Below are positions 18,258-28,606 of a stretch of 64,000 nucleotides of DNA, one piece after another (position 1 is the first letter of the stretch; the number at the start of each line of letters is the position of its first letter). Below the pieces are notes generated by a model. That model was given only the letters and a program-made list of their open reading frames with translations, did no database searches and was not told the DNA's origin. Position numbers and translations under genes: made by a program. Source of the stretch: a virus (Duplodnaviria > Caudoviricetes); IMG/VR virus record IMGVR_UViG_3300017766_003232, positions 1 to 64,000 of that record; one strand, given 5' to 3'.

Positions 18258-18647
18258 TCATGATTTTTTAATTTTTGGTTTATGTTTTAATTCAACAATT
18301 TTAATTTTATCAAAATCAATTTCTGACTTTAATAATTGTTTAATTGCCCAAAGTGGAACAGGACTATCTGCTGTTGCAATTAATTTACCTATTTCAGCAA
18401 TTGTAGATGCTAAATCTTCAGATAATAAACTATCAGCATCTGATTTCCAAAGTTGTTTAAATTCAGCATTGAATTCTTGACTAATAAAAATCAAGAATTC
18501 ATTTGCTTTTTCTTTTAATTTTCCTTTGTAATCATGCTTTTGATCTGTTTCATTTTTTAAGGCATCTATACTGTGAAATAAAGTATAAGCAGACAATAAC
18601 ATTGTTATTTTAGTAATTGTTTTTTTAGAAACGTCTAATTTTGCCAT
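18258..18647 (-). CDS. Hypothetical protein
   Basis: 129-aa helical ORF in operon. Confidence 0.6.
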   Translation of the reverse strand: MAKLDVSKKTITKITMLLSAYTLFHSIDALKNETDQKHDYKGKLKEKANEFLIFISQEFNAEFKQLWKSDADSLLSEDLASTIAEIGKLIATADSPVPLWAIKQLLKSEIDFDKIKIVELKHKPKIKKS

Positions 18648-19303
18648 AATTCTTTTTCTTCTATTGATAAATCATTAAAAGTTAATGATTTAAATTTGTT
18701 TAATTCATTTAATTGTTCATCTTCACTTAAATAATATGCTTCATTTTTATATCCTAATCTTGGTTCAACAACTGAAATTTCAATAGGTCTTCTAACTGCT
18801 TTATTTGTTGGAAGTTTTGTTTTTTGTTTAGCATATCTTTTTTTATTTGTTTCAGCTATGTATTTTTGAAGACAACCATGTAAACATTTATTTCCCCATG
18901 TCCAATATCCTTCTGATTTTACATTATTGTAATTTTTTGAAAAAATACATTTAAAATTATCAATAGATAATATATATTCTTTTTTACAAATTGAACAAGT
19001 TTTATATTTTTCAATATTAATTGGTTCATTTACATAAATTATTTCATCACATTTGTATTCTAATGATATTAATTTTTTATGACTAATATATTTATCATTT
19101 AAAAAATAGCATTTATCATATCTATCTTTGTTAAATTTTAATTTTAATTGTTTTAACTTAAAGTATTTTTTTCCTTTGTAATGAGGTAAATGATAAATCA
19201 TACCATTTATTCTACCAATATTTGGGTATCCTGTAAAACGAGATCTAATATGAATTGAAAAAACATATTCATTATTTATTACTGTTTTTTCTTTCATTAC
19301 CAA
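18635..19303 (-). CDS. Basic hypothetical protein with putative Zn finger
   Basis: Lys-rich; CSICK...CLHGC cysteine pairs. Confidence 0.5.
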   Translation of the reverse strand: MVMKEKTVINNEYVFSIHIRSRFTGYPNIGRINGMIYHLPHYKGKKYFKLKQLKLKFNKDRYDKCYFLNDKYISHKKLISLEYKCDEIIYVNEPINIEKYKTCSICKKEYILSIDNFKCIFSKNYNNVKSEGYWTWGNKCLHGCLQKYIAETNKKRYAKQKTKLPTNKAVRRPIEISVVEPRLGYKNEAYYLSEDEQLNELNKFKSLTFNDLSIEEKELWQN

Positions 19304-19962
19304 TTTATTTTTTTAATTAACAATTCATTTGCTTTTTTAAAATTATCACATTTCCAATTTTCTTTAAAAGAATATGATTTTGCAGGATAATCAGCTAATA
19401 GAATATTTGATGATTTGTTTAAATAAGGTATTACTTTTTGAGGGATTTTTCCCCAAAGCAAATAAATCATTGATGGATATTCTATTGTAACAATTTTTAA
19501 TACATCTTTTACAAATGATTTCCAATTCTCAACGTGAGATATAGGATTATAATCTCTTGCTGTTAATGATAAATTTAAAAGTAAAACACCTTGTTTTGCC
19601 CAGGATTCTAATGTGTAGTCAAAATCTAAACAAAATCCATTATAAAATTCTTTTTCAATTGTTTTATGAATATTAAATAAATCATAATTATAAAATTCAG
19701 TATGTAATGTACCATAAGCTAATCCATTTGCACCATTGTATTTTGGAAAATCACCAATTATAACAACTTTAATATCTTCTATTGGACATAGTTTAAAACA
19801 TTTAAATATATCCTCACGAGGAGGATATATTTTATGTAATGAATATTCAATTTGTAAAAAATTTAAAAGGTTTTCTGTTTGTTCACTTTTTAAAGTGTCT
19901 CTTAATTTCATTGTCCAACCTTCTCCTAATTTTTCTACCCAAAATTCTTTTGATTTACTCAT
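19297..19962 (-). CDS. ung: Family-1 uracil-DNA glycosylase-like protein with degenerate catalytic motifs
   Basis: UDG scaffold (IYPPREDIF, KVVIIG, GLAY, WAKQGVLLLN, SH, LLWG, INW), but GQDPY is GDFPK and HPSPLS is YPAKSY. Confidence 0.85.
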   Translation of the reverse strand: MSKSKEFWVEKLGEGWTMKLRDTLKSEQTENLLNFLQIEYSLHKIYPPREDIFKCFKLCPIEDIKVVIIGDFPKYNGANGLAYGTLHTEFYNYDLFNIHKTIEKEFYNGFCLDFDYTLESWAKQGVLLLNLSLTARDYNPISHVENWKSFVKDVLKIVTIEYPSMIYLLWGKIPQKVIPYLNKSSNILLADYPAKSYSFKENWKCDNFKKANELLIKKINW

Positions 19963-19967
19963 TTTGT

Positions 19968-20573
19968 TTAATTTTCAAATTCACCAGAAGGAGCTAATGT
20001 ACTTACATTGCTTATTTCTTTGATTTTATTAATTGTTAATGTTTCTTTTTCTGGATTAATTTTCATCCATACTTCATTGTCGCCAATATCAGCACCTAAT
20101 GTCAATTCCCAAGATTCTTTTAACTTTTTTGCTTTTGTAAAAATTAAAGGAATAGTGTTAATATCTCCAGAATAAAATGTATTTTTAAGAATTACAGATT
20201 TTGCACCTTCAGATATTTTAGAATATTTACCATCTATAAGTAAAGCCAAATCATCTAAATATTCTATTGGCATTTTGAAAACATATATTAATGTATTTTC
20301 AATTTCATAGTTATCTACATATGAATCATGACTTTGTAATAAATCATTAAATTCATCAAATTTAACATCTCTGTAATTATTTAAAACAATAGATATATGT
20401 AATCCATCATTGTATTTTGATATGCTTGTATTCCATAAAAATGCATCTATAAATCGGTTATCCATTATTGTTGATCCCCACATTGTTTTAACATCGCAAG
20501 AAAAATATGATTTTGGAATTTGTAATAATGGAAAAACAAATGTTGAAGTCAGTGTATATATCTTTTTTTTCAT
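19968..20573 (-). CDS. Conserved crAss-like replication-module hypothetical protein
   Basis: 201 aa; FVFPLL..., DGKYSKIS, EVW pattern; operon position between nuclease and UDG. Confidence 0.55.
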   Translation of the reverse strand: MKKKIYTLTSTFVFPLLQIPKSYFSCDVKTMWGSTIMDNRFIDAFLWNTSISKYNDGLHISIVLNNYRDVKFDEFNDLLQSHDSYVDNYEIENTLIYVFKMPIEYLDDLALLIDGKYSKISEGAKSVILKNTFYSGDINTIPLIFTKAKKLKESWELTLGADIGDNEVWMKINPEKETLTINKIKEISNVSTLAPSGEFEN

Positions 20574-21595
20574 TATGCTTCAATTATAATTTTTCCATTG
20601 TTTAAATAATACTCCATTGGATAATCCCATTTATCATTTTCTGTATGCCATTTATATCTCTCAATTGCTTCTAAAATACCTGCATAATGTTTTCCATTAA
20701 TATCACCACCATAAGCTCCTATAACAAGTGCTTTTTCACTCATTTCATAAACCATAGGTTGATTAATGCATTCTTTTTCTACTACCAAAAATGTAAAAGG
20801 TTCAACTGAATAACCTTGTTCAATTAAATCTTTTATTGGTTGATAAGAACGAATTCCTTTATCATAAAAAGTTCCTTGAAAATCATATCTATAATTCCAA
20901 AAGTTTTTTTGAAATTCTGTAATTTCTCCAGACATTGTTTTAATATCTAATGGAAATATTTTTTTAGTATGATGATCAATTGTAATTAAATCACCTTCAC
21001 CTTTAAATTCAATACCTTTAAATGTAAATTCAAAAATTGGCTTTTTAATAACTTGTACAGACTTTGTTTCTGTAAGATAATATTTTGTATATTCATTTGA
21101 TTTTAAAGCACCAGCAGCAATAATAGCTTTAGAATAATCTTCTTCAGAAATGATTACTTTGTTTGCTGATTCTTGTAAAATTTTAAAATAACTTGAACCT
21201 GCTTCAACAATTTTTGCAAAAACAGTATCTGCTTTCCAATTAGATTGATATTTAAATCTTGCAGCAACTTCTAAAACAGGTCCTTTATGGTCTTCTAACT
21301 CTCCAGAATCAGAATATTCATTAAATATTGTATTAATCATGTCCATTACTGTATCAGATGGTTTTTCTACATTTTTCATTACGTAAAATACATCTAAGAA
21401 TTCTAAATCTTCAGTAAGCATATGGTCAACTGCTTTTCCAAATATAAATTGAGGAGCAATGGACTCTACAATACCATTTTCTTCATCAATTAATCTTTGT
21501 ATAAATCTATCTTTTGATTTAACAAAAGATTGAGGACTTTTCAAAATCTGTTTTAACAGAGATTGATTCATTTTATCTAAATGTTGATAACTCAT
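20573..21595 (-). CDS. PD-(D/E)XK family exonuclease
   Basis: FGKAVDHML, FKGEGDLI...PLDIKT, YRYDFQGTFY motifs. Confidence 0.8.
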   Translation of the reverse strand: MSYQHLDKMNQSLLKQILKSPQSFVKSKDRFIQRLIDEENGIVESIAPQFIFGKAVDHMLTEDLEFLDVFYVMKNVEKPSDTVMDMINTIFNEYSDSGELEDHKGPVLEVAARFKYQSNWKADTVFAKIVEAGSSYFKILQESANKVIISEEDYSKAIIAAGALKSNEYTKYYLTETKSVQVIKKPIFEFTFKGIEFKGEGDLITIDHHTKKIFPLDIKTMSGEITEFQKNFWNYRYDFQGTFYDKGIRSYQPIKDLIEQGYSVEPFTFLVVEKECINQPMVYEMSEKALVIGAYGGDINGKHYAGILEAIERYKWHTENDKWDYPMEYYLNNGKIIIEA

Positions 21596-21596
21596 T

Positions 21597-22091
21597 TTAA
21601 ATTTTTTTAATAATGTAAACTAATTTTCGATCTTCCAGATTTTCTACTGGAACAAATCTTCCTCCAAATCCTTGAAAATGCTCAATATTGTCATCTGGAA
21701 GTATTCCTGCTTTGATTATTGCATCATCAAGAGATTTTAACCATACAGCAGCTAAATTAAAAATATCCCAATTTGGTTTATAATCTTTTGAAGGTGGCTT
21801 CCAAGATAACTTTCTTTTATTTGTTGTTCTATCCATTAATGATTTAACATTTCCATAGTTAACTGGAGCGTATACAACAATTTCAGTTGTTACAGGTCCT
21901 TCTATTGATAAATTTTTTGGAATATGTTTTTCAATATAAGTATGCATAGCACCAACAAATGCATTTCTCATAGTAAAATGAGGAGAAGCATGAATTGCAT
22001 TATACCCAATCTTTTTCCATTTATTTTTTGAAAGTGGAACGTGAGTTATAAATAAGGGGAATTCTATTATTATTTCATTTTCTTGTTTCAA
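21597..22091 (-). CDS. rusA: RusA-like Holliday junction resolvase
   Basis: KPNWDIFNL...KSLDDAI...ILPDDN resembles the RusA D-x-D-N/K/DD catalytic pattern. Confidence 0.65.
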   Translation of the reverse strand: MKQENEIIIEFPLFITHVPLSKNKWKKIGYNAIHASPHFTMRNAFVGAMHTYIEKHIPKNLSIEGPVTTEIVVYAPVNYGNVKSLMDRTTNKRKLSWKPPSKDYKPNWDIFNLAAVWLKSLDDAIIKAGILPDDNIEHFQGFGGRFVPVENLEDRKLVYIIKKI

Positions 22092-22984
22092 AATTTTAAT
22101 TGATTTGCAATAGTTAATATTTCTGACATTTGTATTTTATGACAACCTATTTCGATGAATTCTTTATTTATTTTATTAATTTGAAAATTTAAAAATTTTT
22201 CTGGTTGATTAACTGTTTTGTTTATTACACCGATTATTGTATGATAAAATTTTTTAGCTACCTCAAAAGGAATATTTACTCTTTGAGATGTTTCTATTTC
22301 TTGTTTTTCTTCGTTATATCTTAAATAATCAACTTCTAAAACTTTACCATATAAATATGGTAATTCAAAATTTCTCCATTTAGGAAGTGTTTCTTCAGTG
22401 TATTTTTTAATTTCAATCTGTCTTTCTAAATTTGCTTTTTTAATTGCTTTTTTTCTATCTGCTTCAATTTTTTTATGTCTTTTTAATAATATTTCATGTA
22501 ATGAATTTTTATCTACAATAGCCATTAGTTTTTTTAAACTATTAGGAATTTTAAAACTTGTAAACTCTGAATATATATTAATTTGATTATTTATAGATTT
22601 AATTTGATCAACATATTTTTCAGGTTTTTTTGCTTTTTCTAATAGTCTTGATATTTCTAATATTTTATCTTCAAAAGCTTCAAAATTATCTTTTCCAGTT
22701 AAACTTTTTGGATTATTACAATAAATTACTTTTCTCCAAGATGCAATTGCTCCTCTTACAATAGATATGTGTTGAGCTGTTGTAGAGCTATATGTATTTG
22801 TTGTAAATAAAATTGCATTTTCGCCTTTTTTATTTTCTACATGACAAGCAATTGGAAAATGAGAACCATAACTATATATTGTTTTACCATAAAAATAAAG
22901 ATTATCAGTTGGTGTTCTCGCTTCTTGTTGATGTTGATTTGCCCATAAGTGAGCAACTGTATGTCTATCTACTACTTTTCTCAT
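22088..22984 (-). CDS. Hypothetical protein
   Basis: 298-aa ORF overlapping its neighbours by 4 nt. Confidence 0.65.
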   Translation of the reverse strand: MRKVVDRHTVAHLWANQHQQEARTPTDNLYFYGKTIYSYGSHFPIACHVENKKGENAILFTTNTYSSTTAQHISIVRGAIASWRKVIYCNNPKSLTGKDNFEAFEDKILEISRLLEKAKKPEKYVDQIKSINNQINIYSEFTSFKIPNSLKKLMAIVDKNSLHEILLKRHKKIEADRKKAIKKANLERQIEIKKYTEETLPKWRNFELPYLYGKVLEVDYLRYNEEKQEIETSQRVNIPFEVAKKFYHTIIGVINKTVNQPEKFLNFQINKINKEFIEIGCHKIQMSEILTIANQLKF

Positions 22985-23991
22985 TCTAAATTTTTTAATA
23001 AATTATTAAATGTTTTTGTTGCGTTTTCAACTCCTGTGTGTTTAATTAAATCACTATAATCTGTTACACCAGGTAATTTTGGAATTGATAAAAAAGGTAT
23101 GGAATATGTTTCCGTAAAACTTAATGCTAATTTTTCTCCTGCTGTATCATTGTCAAATAAACAAATTACTTTTTTGAAACGTGTTTTATATTCTTTCATT
23201 ACTGAATCTTTCATCATCACTGATTCTGATTGTAAGCCAATAGAATATATAGATAAAGTATCATAAATACTCATCACATCCTTTAGTGACTTTGTAATAA
23301 TTAACAAATCACCAGTTTCAGGTAATTGTGTATAACCTTGATGTACAGAATAATTTGCATTATTAATCCATTTAAATTTTTTGTTTGGACTTAATGGTTG
23401 ATATATTTTATAAGTTAAAATACCATCTTTCCATTCTTTATATGCATATGCTAATGGTTCTGCTTTTACAGCGTTACCATTATAGAATACAAACTCAACA
23501 GGACAAACATTAAACCTTTCTAATGTAGATTTTCTAATAGCAAATTGTTGCCAAAATTGTTGATCAATTTTAAACCATTCTCTTTTTTTAATACCAATTT
23601 CGATAACTTTTTTTTCTTTTAACTTAGAAAATGTTTCAATTTCTTTATTATAACTACCAATGTTAAAACTTGATAGTTTAAAATCATAAGCTATTTTAAG
23701 TAATGCTTTTTCGTAAGTTATTCCAAATAACTTCATTACAAATACTATGCAATCACCAGAATCTTTGGTTGCAAAATCATGATACATTAAAATATTTCTT
23801 TCGCTTTTATGATAATAAATTGAAAACGATGGTACATTATCATCTCTAAATGGAGAACACATTATTCCCATATTTGAAATGTCATATCCAATATAATATG
23901 AATATATTTCTTCTTGAGTTAAAAGTTTAAAAATAGCATCTCTTGTAACTAATTGATCATATATGATCGAATCTAAATTAATTTCTGCCAT
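22981..23991 (-). CDS. dnaG: DNA primase (DnaG-like, Zn-binding + Toprim)
   Basis: CSPFRDDNVPSF...HDF...GDC Zn-binding domain; KIYQP; Toprim IITKSLKDV and FDNDTAG; TDYSD. Confidence 0.85.
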   Translation of the reverse strand: MAEINLDSIIYDQLVTRDAIFKLLTQEEIYSYYIGYDISNMGIMCSPFRDDNVPSFSIYYHKSERNILMYHDFATKDSGDCIVFVMKLFGITYEKALLKIAYDFKLSSFNIGSYNKEIETFSKLKEKKVIEIGIKKREWFKIDQQFWQQFAIRKSTLERFNVCPVEFVFYNGNAVKAEPLAYAYKEWKDGILTYKIYQPLSPNKKFKWINNANYSVHQGYTQLPETGDLLIITKSLKDVMSIYDTLSIYSIGLQSESVMMKDSVMKEYKTRFKKVICLFDNDTAGEKLALSFTETYSIPFLSIPKLPGVTDYSDLIKHTGVENATKTFNNLLKNLE

Positions 23992-24006
23992 TCTAAAATT
24001 AAATTA

Positions 24007-24030
24007 AAAAGGGGTATTTCTACCCCTTTT
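24007..24030 (-). terminator. Intrinsic terminator after SSB gene
   Basis: AAAAGGGGTA-tttc-TACCCCTTTT perfect hairpin. Confidence 0.8.
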
Positions 24031-24038
24031 AATGAATA

Positions 24039-24650
24039 TTACCAATCGTCTCCAGAAGGAGTTGCATTAGGAGAAGCAGCTCCTGATGGTGTACCAGTAG
24101 ATTTTTCATCAGGTGCTAATCTAGCCATTTGATCTAAATCACCTACTGACAATCTTGAATCTGCTCCAGGAACATCCATATGTTCAATAAACGGAACCCA
24201 AGAACGAGGTTGTAAATATTTTTTAGGAGAACCTGTTGTACCATAATTAGTAAAAATTCTAAATTTATTACCTGGTGCAGCACTAACTCCTTCTCTTAAT
24301 AATTTCATACAACCATCCAACATTTCTTTTGGACTATTGAAAGATGGAAACTTAGCATCTTTACCAACAACAGCATGAATCAAATGTTTCAATACTTTAC
24401 CTTGAGAGATAATTTGTTGATCTACAGTTTTATACTGAGTTGCTTCTTTAATGTAATAAAAAGATGTATTTACAGTTGCACCTGATGTATCTGTAAAAAT
24501 TACTTTATAATCTGGCAAAGTTTCTTTTTCATCTGGTTTTCTTTTTGATAAAGAAACTGTTACATCTTCTGTAATACCTGCTAAACCATTGTTAAAAATT
24601 TTAGAATTTCCTCCTACTTGGTCAAAAGACTCATCATTTAAATTAATCAT
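24039..24650 (-). CDS. Putative single-stranded DNA-binding protein
   Basis: OB-like beta content, flexible P/G/S linker and acidic-aromatic C-terminus (GDDW); lies between primase and AAA ATPase and has its own terminator. Confidence 0.6.
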   Translation of the reverse strand: MINLNDESFDQVGGNSKIFNNGLAGITEDVTVSLSKRKPDEKETLPDYKVIFTDTSGATVNTSFYYIKEATQYKTVDQQIISQGKVLKHLIHAVVGKDAKFPSFNSPKEMLDGCMKLLREGVSAAPGNKFRIFTNYGTTGSPKKYLQPRSWVPFIEHMDVPGADSRLSVGDLDQMARLAPDEKSTGTPSGAASPNATPSGDDW

Positions 24651-24699
24651 TGTTTTTTTTGTTTAAAAGTTAATATTATGTTTTGTTTAAAATTATTTA

Positions 24700-25401
24700 T
24701 TACCACTCATCTTCTTCTTCTACAACTTCCTCAGTTTCGTCAATTGCAAATTTAACCCTTGCTGGAGCTGGTTCAGAAACTATTTCTGGTGTTTTTACAG
24801 ATGTTGCTTTTTTAACTGTTCCTGTAATTTTAGAAGATTTTTCTTCAACAACTGGTTCTTCAACAACTTCTTCAACTTTTTCTTGAAATGCTTCAACATG
24901 TGTTTCATCCCATACCTCTTCTGTAGTTTCTATTTCAACAACTTCCTCAATTATTGTATTTTCTACTTCTACAGGAGCTGGAATAGTAGCTAATTCATCA
25001 CTAATGATATTTGCAACTTTTAAATACGGAAATCCTTCAATGTTTTCTAAAACTAAATGATTTTCAACTGTTGTATCTAAATTTTTAATTTTTGCAATGT
25101 AATCAAATACCTTTTTATCAGAAAAAGTAAAACCTGCTGTGATTTTAAATGTTCCAGGTACTAATTCTTCACCTTCAGCTAAAACACCTGTAGACATTAC
25201 AAAAACATCATTATCAGCAAATCCAAATCTTACAATTGATTCACCAGAAATTAATCCCAATGCTTCTTGAGATGCTTTGTTAAATGTAAATTTACGACCA
25301 ACTTTATCTTTTTGGATTGCTGCTAATGTTACAACTGATACGTTAAATCTTTCTTCTTTTTTTACTCTTGTTACAGGAATTCCCCAAACTATATTTTCCA
25401 T
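24700..25401 (-). CDS. Hypothetical protein with acidic Glu/Val-rich C-terminal half
   Basis: 233 aa; EEVVE-type repeats, ends EEEDEW. Confidence 0.65.
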   Translation of the reverse strand: MENIVWGIPVTRVKKEERFNVSVVTLAAIQKDKVGRKFTFNKASQEALGLISGESIVRFGFADNDVFVMSTGVLAEGEELVPGTFKITAGFTFSDKKVFDYIAKIKNLDTTVENHLVLENIEGFPYLKVANIISDELATIPAPVEVENTIIEEVVEIETTEEVWDETHVEAFQEKVEEVVEEPVVEEKSSKITGTVKKATSVKTPEIVSEPAPARVKFAIDETEEVVEEEDEW

Positions 25402-25441
25402 TTTTTTAAAAATTAAATTGTTTATAAATTATTTTGATTTT

Positions 25442-25738
25442 TTATTCAGTAATTACTCTTACTGAATGAATTTGTGCTTGACCAGCGTTTCCTTCTGGAA
25501 AAGTTCGATAGAATTTTTTACCTTTTAAATAAGCTTTTAACTCTTTTTTAGCATTCATTCTATCTGTTTTTAACTTTGGATTATCAGTTAAACAAATTTT
25601 GTTTAAGATTAATTTAAAATCTCCACCAAATTGTCTAAATGAACGTGGCTCATCGATTAAACCTTTCTCAATTGCATCTAATATTGCATTTGTTGAATCT
25701 AATTCTTCTTGTGTAAGAATTTCATTTTTTGCTCCCAT
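25442..25738 (-). CDS. Hypothetical protein
   Basis: 98-aa ORF in operon. Confidence 0.6.
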   Translation of the reverse strand: MGAKNEILTQEELDSTNAILDAIEKGLIDEPRSFRQFGGDFKLILNKICLTDNPKLKTDRMNAKKELKAYLKGKKFYRTFPEGNAGQAQIHSVRVITE

Positions 25739-25749
25739 ATGATTATTTA

Positions 25750-26424
25750 TTAAATTTCGTAATACTCTCTAATTGCATTATCTACAATTACTAAATCATT
25801 GTCAATTACATCTTCTTCAAACATATCAATTGGTGTTTTACAAGTATCGTTACCATTTGATTTTGTTCTAAAAATATGACGATTTGGTTGACCATGAACT
25901 TTTTGAATTTCAGCATATAATACAATTGAACTAAATGATTCAGGTACAAACTTTTCTAATTGTTTACCTTGAACAGCAATTCTATGAGATGTTCCTCCAA
26001 TTTCATCAATTGTAGTATCTGGATGACACATTATATAAACAATAATATCATTTCTCATTTTATCATTGATAATGTTTATCAAATCATATTGAGAAGCAGA
26101 AAATTTACCCCACTTATCAAAACCTTTCTCTGCTCTGAATCTTGGATCCATTACAGCATTAGTCATAATTCTTGACCATGTATCAAGTAGAATTGATTTA
26201 ATTTCAGGTTGCTTATTTAATGTTCTAAAAGCATTTATTACTTCTTCAGTGCTTGAAGTATTGAAATAATTACCTTTCTCTACATTATAATTTGCAGAAA
26301 ATTTTCTAAATGGTAATGCTTTTTGATCACTATTTATAATTCCTGTTGTTTCAGGATTTAAATTTCTACCAGAGGTAGATTTACCCATACCAGATGGACC
26401 TACGACAAATACTAATTGTGCCAT
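25750..26424 (-). CDS. AAA ATPase (Sak4-like/AAA_24 recombination protein)
   Basis: VGPSGMGKST Walker A, ILLDT Walker B, IMCH, ESFSSIVLYA, CKTPIDMF. Confidence 0.8.
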   Translation of the reverse strand: MAQLVFVVGPSGMGKSTSGRNLNPETTGIINSDQKALPFRKFSANYNVEKGNYFNTSSTEEVINAFRTLNKQPEIKSILLDTWSRIMTNAVMDPRFRAEKGFDKWGKFSASQYDLINIINDKMRNDIIVYIMCHPDTTIDEIGGTSHRIAVQGKQLEKFVPESFSSIVLYAEIQKVHGQPNRHIFRTKSNGNDTCKTPIDMFEEDVIDNDLVIVDNAIREYYEI

Positions 26425-26464
26425 TTGTTTGATTTTTACGTTGTTTATAATTTTTAATTGGGAC

Positions 26465-26480
26465 TACTAATATACGAAAT
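26465..26480 (-). promoter_or_regulatory. Bacteroidota-type -7 promoter variant
   Basis: Minus strand AAATTTCGTATATTAG, about 40 nt upstream of the AAA ATPase start, in an intergenic gap. Confidence 0.45.
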
Positions 26481-26485
26481 TTATT

Positions 26486-26794
26486 TCAATTATTTTTTGA
26501 TAATTGTATAATTTCTTCTTTAATTTCTGTAGATTTTTTCTTTCTCTGATTCCAAGTTGAACCTCTTAATTCAGGAAATTCTTCTTGTATTTTTCTACTT
26601 GCTCTACCAATAGAATCTATGTATGGAATCTTTCTTTCTGCTACATCTTTTAAAAATGCTTTTACATCTTTTGTAACATCATAACCACATTCTAATAGAA
26701 AATTATAGTATAGCCTTTCAACAGAGTCTCTAAGTTCAGGATTTTGTTGTAATTTCAACTTAACCCATTTAAGGTAATCTTTGATTAAACTCAT
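26486..26794 (-). CDS. Hypothetical protein
   Basis: 102 aa, SIGRASRKIQEEFPELRG motif. Confidence 0.6.
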   Translation of the reverse strand: MSLIKDYLKWVKLKLQQNPELRDSVERLYYNFLLECGYDVTKDVKAFLKDVAERKIPYIDSIGRASRKIQEEFPELRGSTWNQRKKKSTEIKEEIIQLSKNN

Positions 26795-27866
26795 TTTTCA
26801 TTTTGTAATATTGATTAATATTTTTTAATTCATCTGGAGGAGTTACCTCATAATCACTTGGATGACCTAATTGAACATATCTACCAATTTCACCAATAAA
26901 TAAAAAACTTGCATTTAGATTTGATTCACCATCTCTGTTTTTACAGATTTTAATTAATCTATAACGATTTTTCCATTTTGTAATATCAAATCCTAAACAT
27001 TTATCTACTTGTAAATAGAATGGACTAGCAATACCTAAAACTGTATTTGCATCTTCTGACACATTACCAGTATTTTTTATGTCAGATAACATAGGCATCC
27101 AGTTATCACCATTATCTCTTCTATCCATTTGTTCAGAACCTCTATTTATCTGAGAAATTACAACAGGTGAAAAATTAAATATATTTCTAAAAAATACTAA
27201 GTTTTTTGATAATTGATCAATAGCTTCTTTTAGATTTGTATATTTACCTTTTCCAATTAAACCAATGTGATCTATTACAATTTCGGTAATTAAATTTGGG
27301 TTATTAGGAATATAATCTTTAATATTTCCAAAATTATCATACACAATTGTACCTCTTGTTTTAGCATAACTAAGCAATGTTTCATACAAACTATCTGGAT
27401 CTACATATGATCTAAAAAATAAATATTTTTCTTGTAGTTCTTCCAAATCTTTTTCGTATGAATCTATTAGTTGTAAAACTTCATTTGAAATCTCAAATTC
27501 ACCTCTTGATAAAATTTCATTTACATTAGTTAATATACCATGCTCTGTCCAAATTCTATATGCAATATGTTTTGCTATTTGCAATTCTGGAGTAATTTCT
27601 AAAGAAAAATAAATAATTTCTAGAGAATTAATGTGACCAGGATGTTTTTGTAGATATTCTATTGGTCCAAAAACATACGCATCATTTACGAATGCTGTTT
27701 TACCAATAGAAGTACCTGCAAATATTAAATCATATCTGCCTTGTTGAATATTGCAAATATATTTACTTAATGTTGTGAAATTACCAAATGGAATACCCTT
27801 ATTTAATCCTTGTTTACCTCTTTCAATCTGTTGTTTTAATCTGGTCCACGTTTTGTTTTTTGCCAT
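26769..27866 (-). CDS. dnaB: Replicative DnaB-like helicase
   Basis: AGTSIGKT, YFSLEI, VIDHIGL, VISQINR, SDIKNTGNVSEDA, KNRDGE. Confidence 0.9.
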   Translation of the reverse strand: MAKNKTWTRLKQQIERGKQGLNKGIPFGNFTTLSKYICNIQQGRYDLIFAGTSIGKTAFVNDAYVFGPIEYLQKHPGHINSLEIIYFSLEITPELQIAKHIAYRIWTEHGILTNVNEILSRGEFEISNEVLQLIDSYEKDLEELQEKYLFFRSYVDPDSLYETLLSYAKTRGTIVYDNFGNIKDYIPNNPNLITEIVIDHIGLIGKGKYTNLKEAIDQLSKNLVFFRNIFNFSPVVISQINRGSEQMDRRDNGDNWMPMLSDIKNTGNVSEDANTVLGIASPFYLQVDKCLGFDITKWKNRYRLIKICKNRDGESNLNASFLFIGEIGRYVQLGHPSDYEVTPPDELKNINQYYKMKNEFNQRLP

Positions 27867-27970
27867 CTTTATTCATTTTAGCGAATTTAATAAGAATTTC
27901 TACATAATATTTTTTATCACTTGTTAACTCATCAATAAAACCAAAATTTTCAAAATAATCAATTGCATCT

Positions 27971-28606
27971 TCAAGTTCTTCCATACGTTATATTAGTTAT
28001 TGTTAATAATTCATGTAATTCTTCAGGAATGTAATCACTCATACCATTTTCAAACCAATTGTCTCCATAAAATCCTCCACAAGAATCTATTTCAACATCT
28101 TGATTAAAATGTTCTACATTATCACAATTACCTGCTTCCCAGTCTTTTTTAGTCATAGAAACCATTTCTACAGATTCTAATATTGTATACCTATAAACCT
28201 CACCAGTTAGGTATTGGTCATAAGTTTTTACATCTGCTTTACAGATTTCAACAGCTTGTTCTTTTAATTTTTCAGTTAGATTCTTTCCACCAAAATTCTC
28301 AATCATTGTTTCTTTTGTGATGAATATAAATCCAACTTGACCACTATCCCATTGACAATCAAATGAACCTGTTGACATAGTGATACCACTATGGTCATAT
28401 AGATATAATGGAAGAATTGCAGCAATATTATAATCTTTATGCAATTGTTCAGATAATTCTTCCCATGAATCAAATGCTGAAGAGTTATACTCACTGAATT
28501 TATCACCTAAATCATATCTTTTATGGAAACAAACCATTTTTGTTAAATTATCCCAACATCTAGGAGAGTCAGGATAATTTTCTTGTTTAATTACTATTCT
28601 TTTCAT
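27971..28606 (-). CDS. Conserved phage hypothetical protein
   Basis: LPLYLYDHSGITMST...WDSGQVGFI...DSCGGFYG motifs typical of a widespread phage family. Confidence 0.65.
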   Translation of the reverse strand: MKRIVIKQENYPDSPRCWDNLTKMVCFHKRYDLGDKFSEYNSSAFDSWEELSEQLHKDYNIAAILPLYLYDHSGITMSTGSFDCQWDSGQVGFIFITKETMIENFGGKNLTEKLKEQAVEICKADVKTYDQYLTGEVYRYTILESVEMVSMTKKDWEAGNCDNVEHFNQDVEIDSCGGFYGDNWFENGMSDYIPEELHELLTITNITYGRT

